64,000 nt of DNA from Vicugna vicugna (Eukaryota). The notes under the pieces are model-generated. The model had not been told where the DNA came from. It saw only the letters and a list, made by a program, of their open reading frames with translations, and did no database searches. Where the stretch lies: the NCBI GenBank assembly GCA_013265495.1, contig MU058824.1, positions 3,251,111-3,315,110 on the forward strand, given 5' to 3'. Below are positions 53,600 to 64,000 of this stretch, piece after piece (the first letter of the stretch is position 1; each line of letters starts with the position of its first letter). A program made the position numbers and the translations under genes.

Positions 53600-55020
53600 T
53601 TACTGAATTGGAGATGAAGTTTACATACAATAAAATGCACAGAATGGAAGCTATTTTAGATGTGTGCACCCGTGTAACTAACATACCAGTGAAGATATAA
53701 AACATATCCTTCACTCCCAAAGTTTCCTCTTGACCCCTGCTAGTCAGTCCTACCCATTGGCAAGCACTGTTCTGATTTTTATCACCATAGGTTATTTTGT
53801 CTGTTTCTGAACTTCACCTAAATGGAATCATACAATATGTAGTCTTTTGTGACTAGTTTCTTTTGCCTAACATACTCTTTTTGCAGTTCATCCATGTTGT
53901 TGTGTGTATCAGTACTTCATCCCTTTTTACTGCTGAATAGTATTCCATTGTATGAATTTACCACTATTTGTTGATCCACTCTTCTGTTGATGGACATTTG
54001 GGTTGTTTTCTGTTTGTTTGTTTGTTTTACTATTAGGAGTAAAGCTGCTGTAAACATTCTTACACAAGTCCTATTGTAGATGCACATTTTCACCTATCTT
54101 GGGTAAATATCTAGGAGTGGGAGTTGTGGGTCACAGGATAGGTGTATGTGTAACTGCAAAGGAAACTGCCAATTTCCTAAAGTGACTCTAGGATTTCATA
54201 TTTCTGCCAGCAGTGTGAGAGTTGTAGTTGCGTCACATGTTTGCTGCTTTGATGCTTTCAGTGTTCTTAATTTTAGCCATTTTAGTGTGTGTGAAACACA
54301 CACATATAGCTCATTATGGTTTTAGTACAAATTGAGTAATAATGAGTACTAATGATGTTGTGTGTCTTCATGAATTTATTGGCCATTCTTTTTTCCTTTG
54401 TGAAGTTTCTGTTCAAATTTTTGTGCCTAATTTTTATTGGATTTTGTCACTACTGAGTTGGCCATTCTTTTTTCCTTTGTGAAGTTTCTGTTCAAATTTT
54501 TGTGCCTAATTTTTATTGGATTTTGTCACTACCGAGATGTATGTAGGATTTCTTCATACATACTAGGTTGAAGCCCTTTGTCCTATGTATGTTTTATTGC
54601 AAATATTTTTTCCCATTCTATCACTTGTCTTTTCCTTTTCCTAATGGTCTTTTGATGAACAGAGCATTTTAATTTTGATAGACTAAGTTTTTTTTTAACG
54701 GTTAATACTTTTTGTGTTCTCAGAAATCTTTGCCTCCCCCAAGGTTGCAAATATATTTTCCTCTAGGAACTTTATAGATTTAGTTTTTATGTTTAGGTCT
54801 GTAATCAACCTTGAGCTAATTTTTGGTGTATGGTGTGAGGTAAGAGTCAAAAGTTTATTTTTCCCTTAGGTATCAAGTTTTTCCAGCATGATTTGATGAA
54901 AAGCCTTTTCTTTATCCACTGAATTGCATTGACGTTTTTGTCAAAAAATCAGTTGACCAATTTACATACAGATCTATGTCTGGACTCTGGTCTTCTTACG
55001 CCAACACTGCATTGTCTTGT
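53600..55020 (-). mobile_element. L1MB-type fragment inserted into an L2 (L2 parts at about 53270-53590 and 55700-56000)
   Basis: aatggaatcatacaatatgtagtctttt.., gatggacatttgggttg... Confidence 0.8.
54379..54536. repeat. Tandem duplication, 2 x 79 bp
   Basis: Copies at 54379-54457 and 54458-54536 differ at one position by eye. Confidence 0.9.
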
Positions 55021-56469
55021 AGCTGACATGTTGAGGGAGTCTAGATCATGTTGTCTTTTTTTTTTTTTTTTGAGTGTTAAATTTTATTGTAGCAGGCAGT
55101 TAAGTTACTGGCAGAACCCTTTGATCCTGTCAGGCTTGCTTTTATTCTTCCAATTTGGTTTTATTCCCATGGCATATGCTTTCTGAATCTCTGTGTGAAC
55201 ATGCCATATTCTGGGCTGGAATTCCACTGTCTCCCAGCTCTGTGTGAAGTCTGGCATCACCACTTACTCTATAGCAGAAAAAAAAATCTGCTAGGTCTGG
55301 TGAAGTCCTGCCCTGGGTGTGAGTGTTGTCCAGGTCCCAGCCAGGAAACTGCCCACCCAGCCTACCCCGCCAGCTCTGTGCCACTCACCGCTTCTAGCAC
55401 CCTGCCTCGCGGATTCCAGCCACTTCAGCACAGAACTCAAATCTGCCTGCTCAGTAGACTACACCCTGCTCGGCCTCCATCGCACTGCCCCACAGTAAGA
55501 AGGTGCCCCAGGATGACAGCTGGAGTGGTCTTGCACTGTCCCCATTTCCCTGCTCTCTGACCACAGTCCTGCCTGGCTTGCTGTTCAGTGCCTGAAAGCA
55601 TGTACCCTGTCGCCTCGGGTATTTTGTGCAGCTTTACGGTTGATTATAACAGGAAGGAGAATCCAGGTCCAGGATTCTGTCATGGCCTGAAGTGGAAGTT
55701 GGGACTCTGGTTTGGATATGATGCTGAGTGTTTAGTATCTGTGGAACATCCAAGTAGAAATGCCGGGCCAGCAGTTGAGTGTTCATGTATGGAGCTTGAA
55801 AGAGACAGTTGGGGCTGGAGACTCAGATTTTGTAGTCCTGAATTTATACTGGTAGTTGAAGCCGAGGGAATGAATAGGATCACTTAGCTACAGGGTGGTC
55901 AGAGAAGGGCTAGAAGAACGTTCTTCTCCTTAAAAGCCTGAAGAGGTGTAGCTAAAGAAGTTGGGGGAGGAACAGGAGACACAGGTGTCACAGAAACCAC
56001 CGTGAGTAAAGTGGCGTTCATCTGCGGGGCTCAGAGTCCAGCCTTTCCTCTGTACGTAATGCTCACCGGTCCAGAGCCAGCTTTTTTCCAGTGCTGCTGA
56101 GGTCTTCGTACAGTCTCACTGGGTGATCATGATACAAAAACCTACGTACCCGAGCTCTGATACTTACCTGTAGAGTTGAAGCCATACCTGTCTGGAGGAG
56201 GCTTAGAATTTCTCAGACATAATCACACATCTGTGCTTCTATCCTTCTCGGGGCTTAGATAGCTAACAAATGTGATCATCATTTTCATAGAACTGAGAGG
56301 GAAACCCGGGCCTGGTGAGGCAGACAACTTGATTATTAAAGTCAGTGGTGAAGTCTGCCCTGTTTCTAGTTTTAGCTTCTAGTTGTCTGGAGACTTTGTT
56401 GGGTTCAGACTTGGAAGTTGCTAGGTCATCTCTGTCCCCTGGTTTTTCAGGTGGGAAAACAGACACTGA

Positions 56470-57640
56470 TAAATGAGAGAGCTTTAAATTAGACGTGAAT
56501 AACAGAAATGCAACGAAGCCAGCTTAAGTAGCTGATGGGATTCAAACGGCAAGGATGAAGCTGAGCTCAGGAGAGACTGGAGCCATGACCTGGTGTGCAG
56601 CAGGGACACTGGATGCCCCTTGTTTCTGCCCTTTTCTCTGCTTTTTTCTGTCTCTGATTCATTCTCTCAGAGCACACCAGCTGCTTCTGCTTCCAGCCTC
56701 CCCCACCCCCAGAAAAAATGGTCACCAACAACTGTTCCTAAGTTTATAGCTTAGGAAACAAGCCATTTGTTCCCTTCTATTCAGGAAAGAGTCAACCTGA
56801 TTGTAGAATCACAACTCATATTCCCCTGGAGAGCCTCATGGCCCAGTGGAGCCATCTGGAGTCCAGGCATTTGTGGCCAGGAGCCTGGGTGGTGCTGTTG
56901 TACACACAAGGCTGCGGGAAGCCCTACCTCTGTAACCAACTGGCGTAAACTGGTGGTGAGGGGAAGGTATTTTCCAGAAAAAAGCAAGGGGGCAGATGGC
57001 TGAGCAGCCAGCCCTGTAGATGGTTGGGACACTAGGGTTACAGCAATAACCAGCGGCAGAGCAAGGACCAAAATCCACAGCTCTGATCCAGCAGCAGCCT
57101 TTCCTGAGGCTGCCTCACATGAGGGAGGATTTGATCTGTAATGAGGACACATAGAGCTCTAGGACCGTAACAGCCAAAGGCGGGTGCCCTCTGGATTCAG
57201 ACTCTTAGTTACGAGTCACACAAACCCAAATCAAACCAGCTTCAGCAGAAGGGGAATATGTTAGAAAGCCCTTGAGGTGCCTCACAGACTTGAAGGAAGA
57301 TTCCAGGGCATCTTCAAGAATCTGGAATCAGTACCACCAGGACACAGACACGTGTGCTCACTGTTTTTCTCTTTTTCGGTTTTCATCTTCCATCTCTGCT
57401 CACTTCTCTTTGGCTTTGGTGACACAAGATTTTCTCCACAAGCTGGGGAACGTGGCTGCCAGCAGTTTCAGGGTCATAGCCTTATAGTGTCTTTAAGAGA
57501 AAAGAGAGTCTTTCCTGCTGATTCCAGGTAGAAAGATCCCAGGGACGGATTCTGACTGAATGGAGTCCTGTGATTGGGTGGGCCTAGATGCTTGTTCACC
57601 CCTGGGCTCAGAAGGCAGGGGGTATTTTAAGAAGGGGCTG
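56470..57640. mobile_element. Degenerate MaLR (MLT1-like) LTR relics upstream of FBXO10 exon 2
   Basis: aacagaaatgcaac..cagcttaag and aaacccaaatcaaaccagcttcagcagaagggg..tctgactg..gattgg. Similar relics at about 34740-35330 and 44300-44700. Confidence 0.45.
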
Positions 57641-57694
57641 GTAAGCAGGGTAGACAAAAACCTCTTTTGTTTCGTATCAGTCTCCCAGGTGACC

Positions 57695-58279
57695 ATGGAG
57701 GCCGGCGGCCTCCCCCTGGAGCTGTGGCGCATGATCTTGGGCTACCTGCACCTTCCCGACCTGGGCCGCTGCAGCCTGGTGTGCAGGGCCTGGCGTGACC
57801 TGATCCTCAGTCTCGACAGAACTCGCTGGCGGCAGCTGTGTCTGGGCTGCATCGAGTGCCGCCACCCCAACTGGCCCAACCAGCCTGATGTGGAGCCCGA
57901 GTCTTGGAGGGAGGCCTTCAAGCAGCATTACCTTGCCTCCAAGACGTGGACGAAGAATGCCGCGATCTTGGAGACCTCCGTCTGCTTTTCACTGTTTCGC
58001 CGGAGGAGGACGCGCCGTACCCTGAGTGTCGGGCCAGGCCATGAGTTTCACAGCCTAGGCAGTGCCCTGGCCATGGCCAGCCTATTTGACCGCATCCTGC
58101 TGTTCCCAGGTATGCATGAGGAGCAAGGTGAAGTCATCCTGAAGGTGCCCGTGGAGATCGTAGGCCACGGGAAGTTGGGCGAGGTGGCCCTGCTAGCCAG
58201 CATTGACCAGCAGTGCTCCACCATGCGTCTGTGCAACCTCGTCTTCATGCCGGCCTGGTTCTCACCCTTCATGTTTAAG
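57695..58279 (+). CDS. FBXO10: FBXO10 first coding exon (F-box domain, 195 codons)
   Basis: Acceptor tctcccAG|GTGACCATGG (exon starts 57689, good Kozak context). Translates MEAGGLPLELWRMILGYLHLPDLGRCSLVCRAW..., an F-box motif matching FBXO10. Phase-0 donor AAG|GTGGGT at 58280. Confidence 0.96.
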
Positions 58280-61200
58280 GTGGGTGTGCACATCAGATGG
58301 ATGGCCTCTCCCTTCCTGACCCTGGGCTGTGGCATCTTGTCAGTGGGTCTGTAACCTCTTTTTTTGTTGGAATTGAGAGTTGAGTCATTATTCCAATAAC
58401 ATACTCCTCTGAGTTCTGTACAAGTTGACAGAGAGGCCCAGGGATCAGTAAAGATCAACATTCTGCTTTATTCCTGGCAAAGCTATATTTTAAAACATGA
58501 GCCTTGGACTGGAGGCCCAAATTGCTTTGTACTTCTTCCCTTCCAAACTGGACCAACTGGAGCCACAGGTAGAGCAGCCAGGTGGGAAAGCCAGGTTCCG
58601 GGAGCAGGCCACGTGGTGAGAGGCAGAGAACTGGTTGGCTGTACCTGGCAGCATTCCCAGAGAAGGCCGAAGAGGGGAGGTTCTGCAGGCCAGTGACCTT
58701 CAGCGCATTAGCCCCATCCTGTGGAGGGTCAGTGAAGGTCTGGCTTTTGCCAAAGATGACTGGAGAGAGGGTGAGGAAATATCAGGACAACACATTCCTT
58801 CCAGGAACACAGAACAGTTATGTTCAAGGACAAGCATGTGTTGAGGTGTTGGTAGCTCCTGGCAGAACAGTCTACAGCTTTTACATTGCCTAGAAACTGA
58901 TTGCAGTACATGGATTTTGTACCTGATCAACGAAAATTAGATTGCCACTAGTCTACCAATAACAACGAAATTGTCTCTCAGGTTTGTAATGATCATTATT
59001 CCACCAGTCATGTATGATGCACTCACTGTGTGCCAGGTACGTATTTTACAGCCGTTACTAAGATGGGTAGTGTCATGTGGCTTTAGAGGTGAGCAAACTG
59101 AGCCTAAACAAGGGTCTCAGACTTTGTAGGGGACAGAGCTGGGACAGTTATGGTAGACAGAGTAGATGCATCCCCATTTTACAGATGAGGGACACTGAGG
59201 CTCAAAGATGTTGAGTAACTTTCTCGAGTGGATGATTAGTGAGGTTAGAACTCAAATCCAGGCCTTTGATTCTAAGCACTTCTGAAATTACATTGTGCTG
59301 GATTGCCTGGGAACTTAAAAGGCTGCTTGCTATTTAGGCCTGGAATGTTTCGGAAGGACCGATGAGGTCCTCCTGTGCTGATCTGCAGACCTAGAAGAAG
59401 AGTTGGTTTCCAGACCCTTCATGTTTCAGAGGCATTCATTCTTAGAGTCATTTGTTCATTTCAGCCTCTGCTTTCCCCTCAGAAGTGCAGCCATAGATCC
59501 TTGAGGGATGAGCTCTGGCTGTAGACTTCTTTATAGCCTAGCCCACCATCTGGCTTAGTGCTTGGTGTATAATAATGCTCAGTCCATGATTGTCTCTTAA
59601 ATAAAAACAGGACAAGGGGCTAGGATGACTTTGTCTGAAAAAATGCAAAGACCAGAGTGAATTCACAGCCATTTTCTCTAACTTCCAAGGAAAACCTTAG
59701 GAATGGCTCTGCATATCTAGAGAGCTGGTATTTGCATGCAGAGATGACCAGGTAAGAGAAAACAGACTTAAACTGCAGCAAGAGAAAATTAGGTTAGTCA
59801 TAGGGAAGAACTAGGGAAGCTAAGGGGAGTTAAGGTCTGGGACAGGCTCTCAAGGAAGGTCACTGCTGGAGAAAGTGAAAATTGTCCAAGGGGTGGGTAT
59901 GTCTGGATTGCTAAATGAGATCATGAGACACTCCCTCATTTTATGGTTCAATAAGTCTCATGGAACTTGGTGTGAAATCCAGAAACAGCTCTTCTTAAGG
60001 AATACAGAATGGCCGGGCTTCTCTGTCAGGCCCGGAGAGCTGAGGGGCTCAGGGGAGCTGCGTGGTGGGGCTGCACGCCTCCCCCACCCCGGGGGACTCT
60101 CTGCTCCTCCCGTTCCTGACCGTAGATGGTTAACAGCTAACTTTCATTGGGTGCCAACTTTGTGTCTGACTCTGTGCCTTGTGCTTTGTTAGCTAGTGAG
60201 CCCCATATTGCTGACTGAGAAACTGAGGCTTGGAGAAGTGATGGATTTGTCCAAAGTAATGCACTTGGAAGAGGCCGAGCTGGGGGCTGTGCCCTCAGCC
60301 ACTGCTCAGCACTGCCTGCCCAGCCTCAGCAGCACACCGTGTCCCCCTCTGTAGGGACGTGGCCTGCTGTCTCTTGCTGTAGTTGTGCACTGGCACCAGT
60401 TCCCACACAGACTTCTCTAGCACCTGTGGCAGAGCTCAGGCCCTCCTGGCCCATCCGGGCCTGTGTCAGTCCTCCAGCTTTGCCCAGCTCTGCCCTGAGT
60501 CCAGACACAGGCTGGCACTCTGTGGGGAGCCGCGGGGCAGCAGGCTCAGGTGGAGGCAGGCTTGCGGGGCCGAGGGAGGATGCGAAGGAAGAGAGAGTGC
60601 TTCGGAGAGTGAGACCTGGAGGAGCACCATGTGATGGGGCACAGTCTCCATGTGACCAAGACTCCACCTGGGACCCCTCACCTGCCAGAGGGCTTGGTGA
60701 TGGTGGGCTCGCGTCCCAGCCAGCTCCTGTGTGTGTGAAAATCTGACGCTCTCCCCCTCATTTCTGATCATCCCTGGAGTGACATCCTCTTGGGGTTCAC
60801 CTCCAGTATCAACATGTGTCAGTTCCATCTCACCAGCATCCCACTGAGCATTCAGCACCTTCCCCCTACTCCATTTCACCTCCCAGGCATGCCAACCCTG
60901 GCTTGCTCTCTGCCCAGGCAGACTGGCTGTCACTTTAATATGTATGATTTATCCTCACTAAGCACTTCATGAGTATTGGGGGAATTTACTTGAGACGAGG
61001 GTTTTAGGAAGGGCTCTGCTGCAGAGAGTGAACTTCTCTGCCACAATCTGTATCCACTCTTGTCCCCTGCCCTTTGGGGTTGGAAGGAGGGGTGGGCGGG
61101 CAGCTGCAAGTGATCTTCCTTATGCAGAGCAGCTCCGGGTTCCTCCCGGGCCCAGCAGACACGTGTCCTGGGGGGAAGGGAACTTGAGCAGGACAAATGG

Positions 61201-61300
61201 CTTCTCCAGGCTCCACACTCCCTTATGAGCAGTTAGAGCTCTGACTAGCAAAAACAAATCTTATCCCTGTTATACCCACTCTCTCTTTTCCCTTCCTCAG

Positions 61301-62122
61301 ACAACTTCGGGTCATGTCCAGTTTGACAACTGCAACTTTGAGAATGGGCATATCCAGGTCCATGGCCCAGGCACCTGCCAAGTGAAGTTTTGTTCCTTCA
61401 AAAACACCCATGTCTTTCTGCACAATGTGCCGCTGTGTGTCCTGGAAAACTGTGAATTTGTGGGCAGTGAAAACAACTCTGTGACTGTTGAGGGCCATCC
61501 ATCCTCAGAAAAGAACTGGGCCTACGCGTATCTCTTAGGGCTTATCAAGTCCTCTCCCAGCGTGCTCCCCACAGAGGACTCTGACTCTTTAATGTCCCTG
61601 GACCTGGAGAGCAGGGACCAGGCCTGGAGCCCGAGGACCTGTGGCATTGTCATTGAGGGCAGCCAGAGCCCTACCAGCCCAGCCTCTAGCTCCCCTAAGG
61701 CTGGCTCACAGGAGGCGGAGGTGGGCAGTGATGTGGAAAGGGTGGCCCGGACCCCAGACAGCAGCGACGGAGGCCTGAGTCCCAGCGGCGAGGATGAGGA
61801 TGAGGACCAGCTCACGTACAGACTGTCCTACCAGGTGCAGGGCCCGCGGCCAGTCCTGGGGGGCTCCTTTTTGGGCCCCCCACTGCCGGGAGCATCCATC
61901 CAGCTGCCCAGCTGCCTGGTGCTGAACTCACTGCAGCAGGAGCTACAGAAGGACAGGGAGGCGATGGCACTGGCCAGCTCCGTGCAGGGCTGCCTCATCC
62001 GCAAGTGCCTCTTCCGGGACGGGAAGGGAGGCGTCTTCGTTTGCTCCTACGGCCGAGCCAAGATGGAAAGAAACGTCTTCCGGAACCTGACTTACGCGGT
62101 GCGGTGTATACACAATAGCAAG
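61301..62122 (+). CDS. FBXO10: FBXO10 second coding exon (start of beta-helix/PbH1 region plus Ser/acidic linker); gene continues beyond window
   Basis: Polypyrimidine tract and AG at 61299-61300. Open phase-0 frame TTSGHVQFDNCNFENG...YAVRCIHNSK, 822 nt. Donor AAG|GTGCTG at 62123. Confidence 0.93.
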
Positions 62123-64000
62123 GTGCTGTCCCAAGGCTTACTGTGCAGACACGAGGCCTCACTGGGTCATCAGGAACATGATTTTTGAGTGGTGAGAGGG
62201 CTTCCGTGGCTGTGTGCAGGAGGGTTTTGATGGAGCTATTCTGTGTTTTTCAAAAAATCACCATCTTGTAAGCTTATAACACACACTCTGCCTCATGTCC
62301 CTCATCTGATTTGGACAGAGCAGAAACTGTTCTTCCTGTTTTACAGAAGAGGAAACAGGCCTAGAGAGGAACGTGACTCACTCAGGGTCACGTGGCAAGT
62401 TAGAAGCTAAATGGAACAAGGATTGGAACCCAGATGTCCCTCCTCCTTTCCCTATGTTATGTTGCTTCTCAAACATGTCACCCAGCTCTTAGTAGAAGGA
62501 ACAAGGGCTCTTTAGCCTGAATCTGAGAAAATTCAGGGAGACATGATCCAAGCTTGTGTGGGTGGTTGAGATGGCTTCCCACATGAGGAGAGGGTCGCCA
62601 AGGAAGGTGGGATGCATGTGGTGAAAAGGAGGTGCAAAGTACAGCTTTAGGCAGCAGACGTTGTGTGCTAGGGCCTGGATGTGAGGCTGAATTCAGCAGT
62701 GTGCTGGGGATGGAGCGGGTGTTGGAAAATGAGCAGGGAGGTGAGCAGAAGCCACCTTGCCAGGGCTTAGAAAGCCCCGTGGAGATGTAACTTCATGCTA
62801 AGAGCAGTCCCTCCTACCACGGATGCCAGAAGCACCCTCGTATCTGCAGCCCCTTTGGGCACCGCAGGACAGTCTGCAGATCCTGAAAACAGCTGAGGAT
62901 GGGAAAGGCTTCAAAAAGGAAAGACATGGTCTTCTAGAAAGAATCATGACATAGCTCCTAAGTTTGAGTCTTGCCTCTCCACTAATTCACTGTGAACGTT
63001 ACCTTCCTCTTCTGTGAAATGGAAATAAGCACTCCTGCCCCGCCACCTTCACTGGGGGTTTGTGAGGATCCAGTGTCGTAATATTGGCAGAAGCACTTAA
63101 CAAACTAAAGGGCATTGTACACGTGTCACATGTGGGTCTTGCAGGTCTCCAAAGGCTCCTGGAATGGTTAATAGCAATTTCGTCTTAATTATATTTTGTC
63201 CACTTCCAAAGAGTATTTCAGGTGGCATTACCCTGAATGCACAGTGTAAGACTGTGCTATAAACAGAGAATAAAAGATGATGGTCAGATAAAAGGGGTGG
63301 GTGATAGCTTTGCTTGTCGGGGTACCATGATGGAAGGATGTGGGTTGAGCCCTCAGGAAGGACTTTCCTCCTTGCATGATTGTTAAGAGTGTGGCTTCTG
63401 AGTCAGATTCTGGCTCTGCCCCTTATAAGCTGTATGTCCTTTGGACTAATGATGCTACCTACTCCGTGGTGTGGTGAGCATTTGCTTTGTATATGTATAT
63501 CAGGTGCTTAGCAGTGTGTCTGGTGCATAGCAAATACTCCATAACTGGGTTGATTTATTTGTTTGTTTGTAAAGACTTAAAAAAAGCTTTCCTGGGGGAT
63601 TGGTGCCTGGGCCAGGCCGTGCAGAAAGACTGGGAGTTGGCAGGGTGAATCTGTGAGGCACCGGAGGTGTGCGGGAAGGCCCAGATGCGAAGAGGACACG
63701 GGACATTCAGAGAGTTACAAGTTGCCTCATTAGCCGGAGCATGAGGTGAGGGCTGAAGAGGAGACAGGGAGGGGTCAGCAGGAGGCAGTCAGCTGAAGGA
63801 CAAGTGTCCTGCTGGAGATCGGAGTTGTCCTGAGGACAGTGGGAACTCACTGACAGATGTCAGGCAGAGAATTGTGGTCAGATCTGCATTTGGAAAGCTC
63901 ATTCTGTCAGCTTTGTAGAGGATGGAGTGGAGAGGAACAGGCTAGAGACAGAGTCCATGAGGGGCAGTGGATAATTAGGGTCCAGAGATGGAGAGGAGGG

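Noticed and set aside
57560..57694. 45-aa N-terminal extension of the FBXO10 ORF
   Set aside because: Lies upstream of the splice acceptor at 57687-57688, in intronic LTR-like sequence.
60326..60933. Overlapping GC-rich ORFs of 83-155 aa in FBXO10 intron 2
   Set aside because: No recognisable homology or exon structure, and the flanking FBXO10 exons join in phase without them.

Overview
Mammalian genomic DNA, most likely a camelid: it has tRNA-Ala-derived vic-1-like SINEs, and I saw no Alu, B1, Bov-A, PRE-1 or Can-SINE copies. The window is syntenic to the human 9p13 TOMM5-FBXO10 interval. On the + strand it holds the complete two-exon TOMM5 gene (51 aa; CDS 23884-24004 + 27217-27251) and the 5' part of FBXO10 (non-coding exon 1 in a CpG island ending at 37754; coding exons 57695-58279 and 61301-62122; the gene continues past the window). 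The rest is mostly L1, L2, MIR, L3/CR1, MaLR and DNA-transposon relics. The most unusual element is a minus-strand processed TIPIN pseudogene (~12457-13270). Its reading frame is dead, yet its 5' half is CpG-island-like, keeps a perfect TCTCGCGAGA (BANP) motif and has a consensus GTAAGT splice donor inside former coding sequence. This makes it a candidate retrocopy exapted as a promoter/first exon pointing toward the expected FRMPD1 side. FBXO10 exon 2 also looks unusually diverged at the protein level. All homology calls come from recalled sequences, not database searches, and repeat boundaries are approximate.
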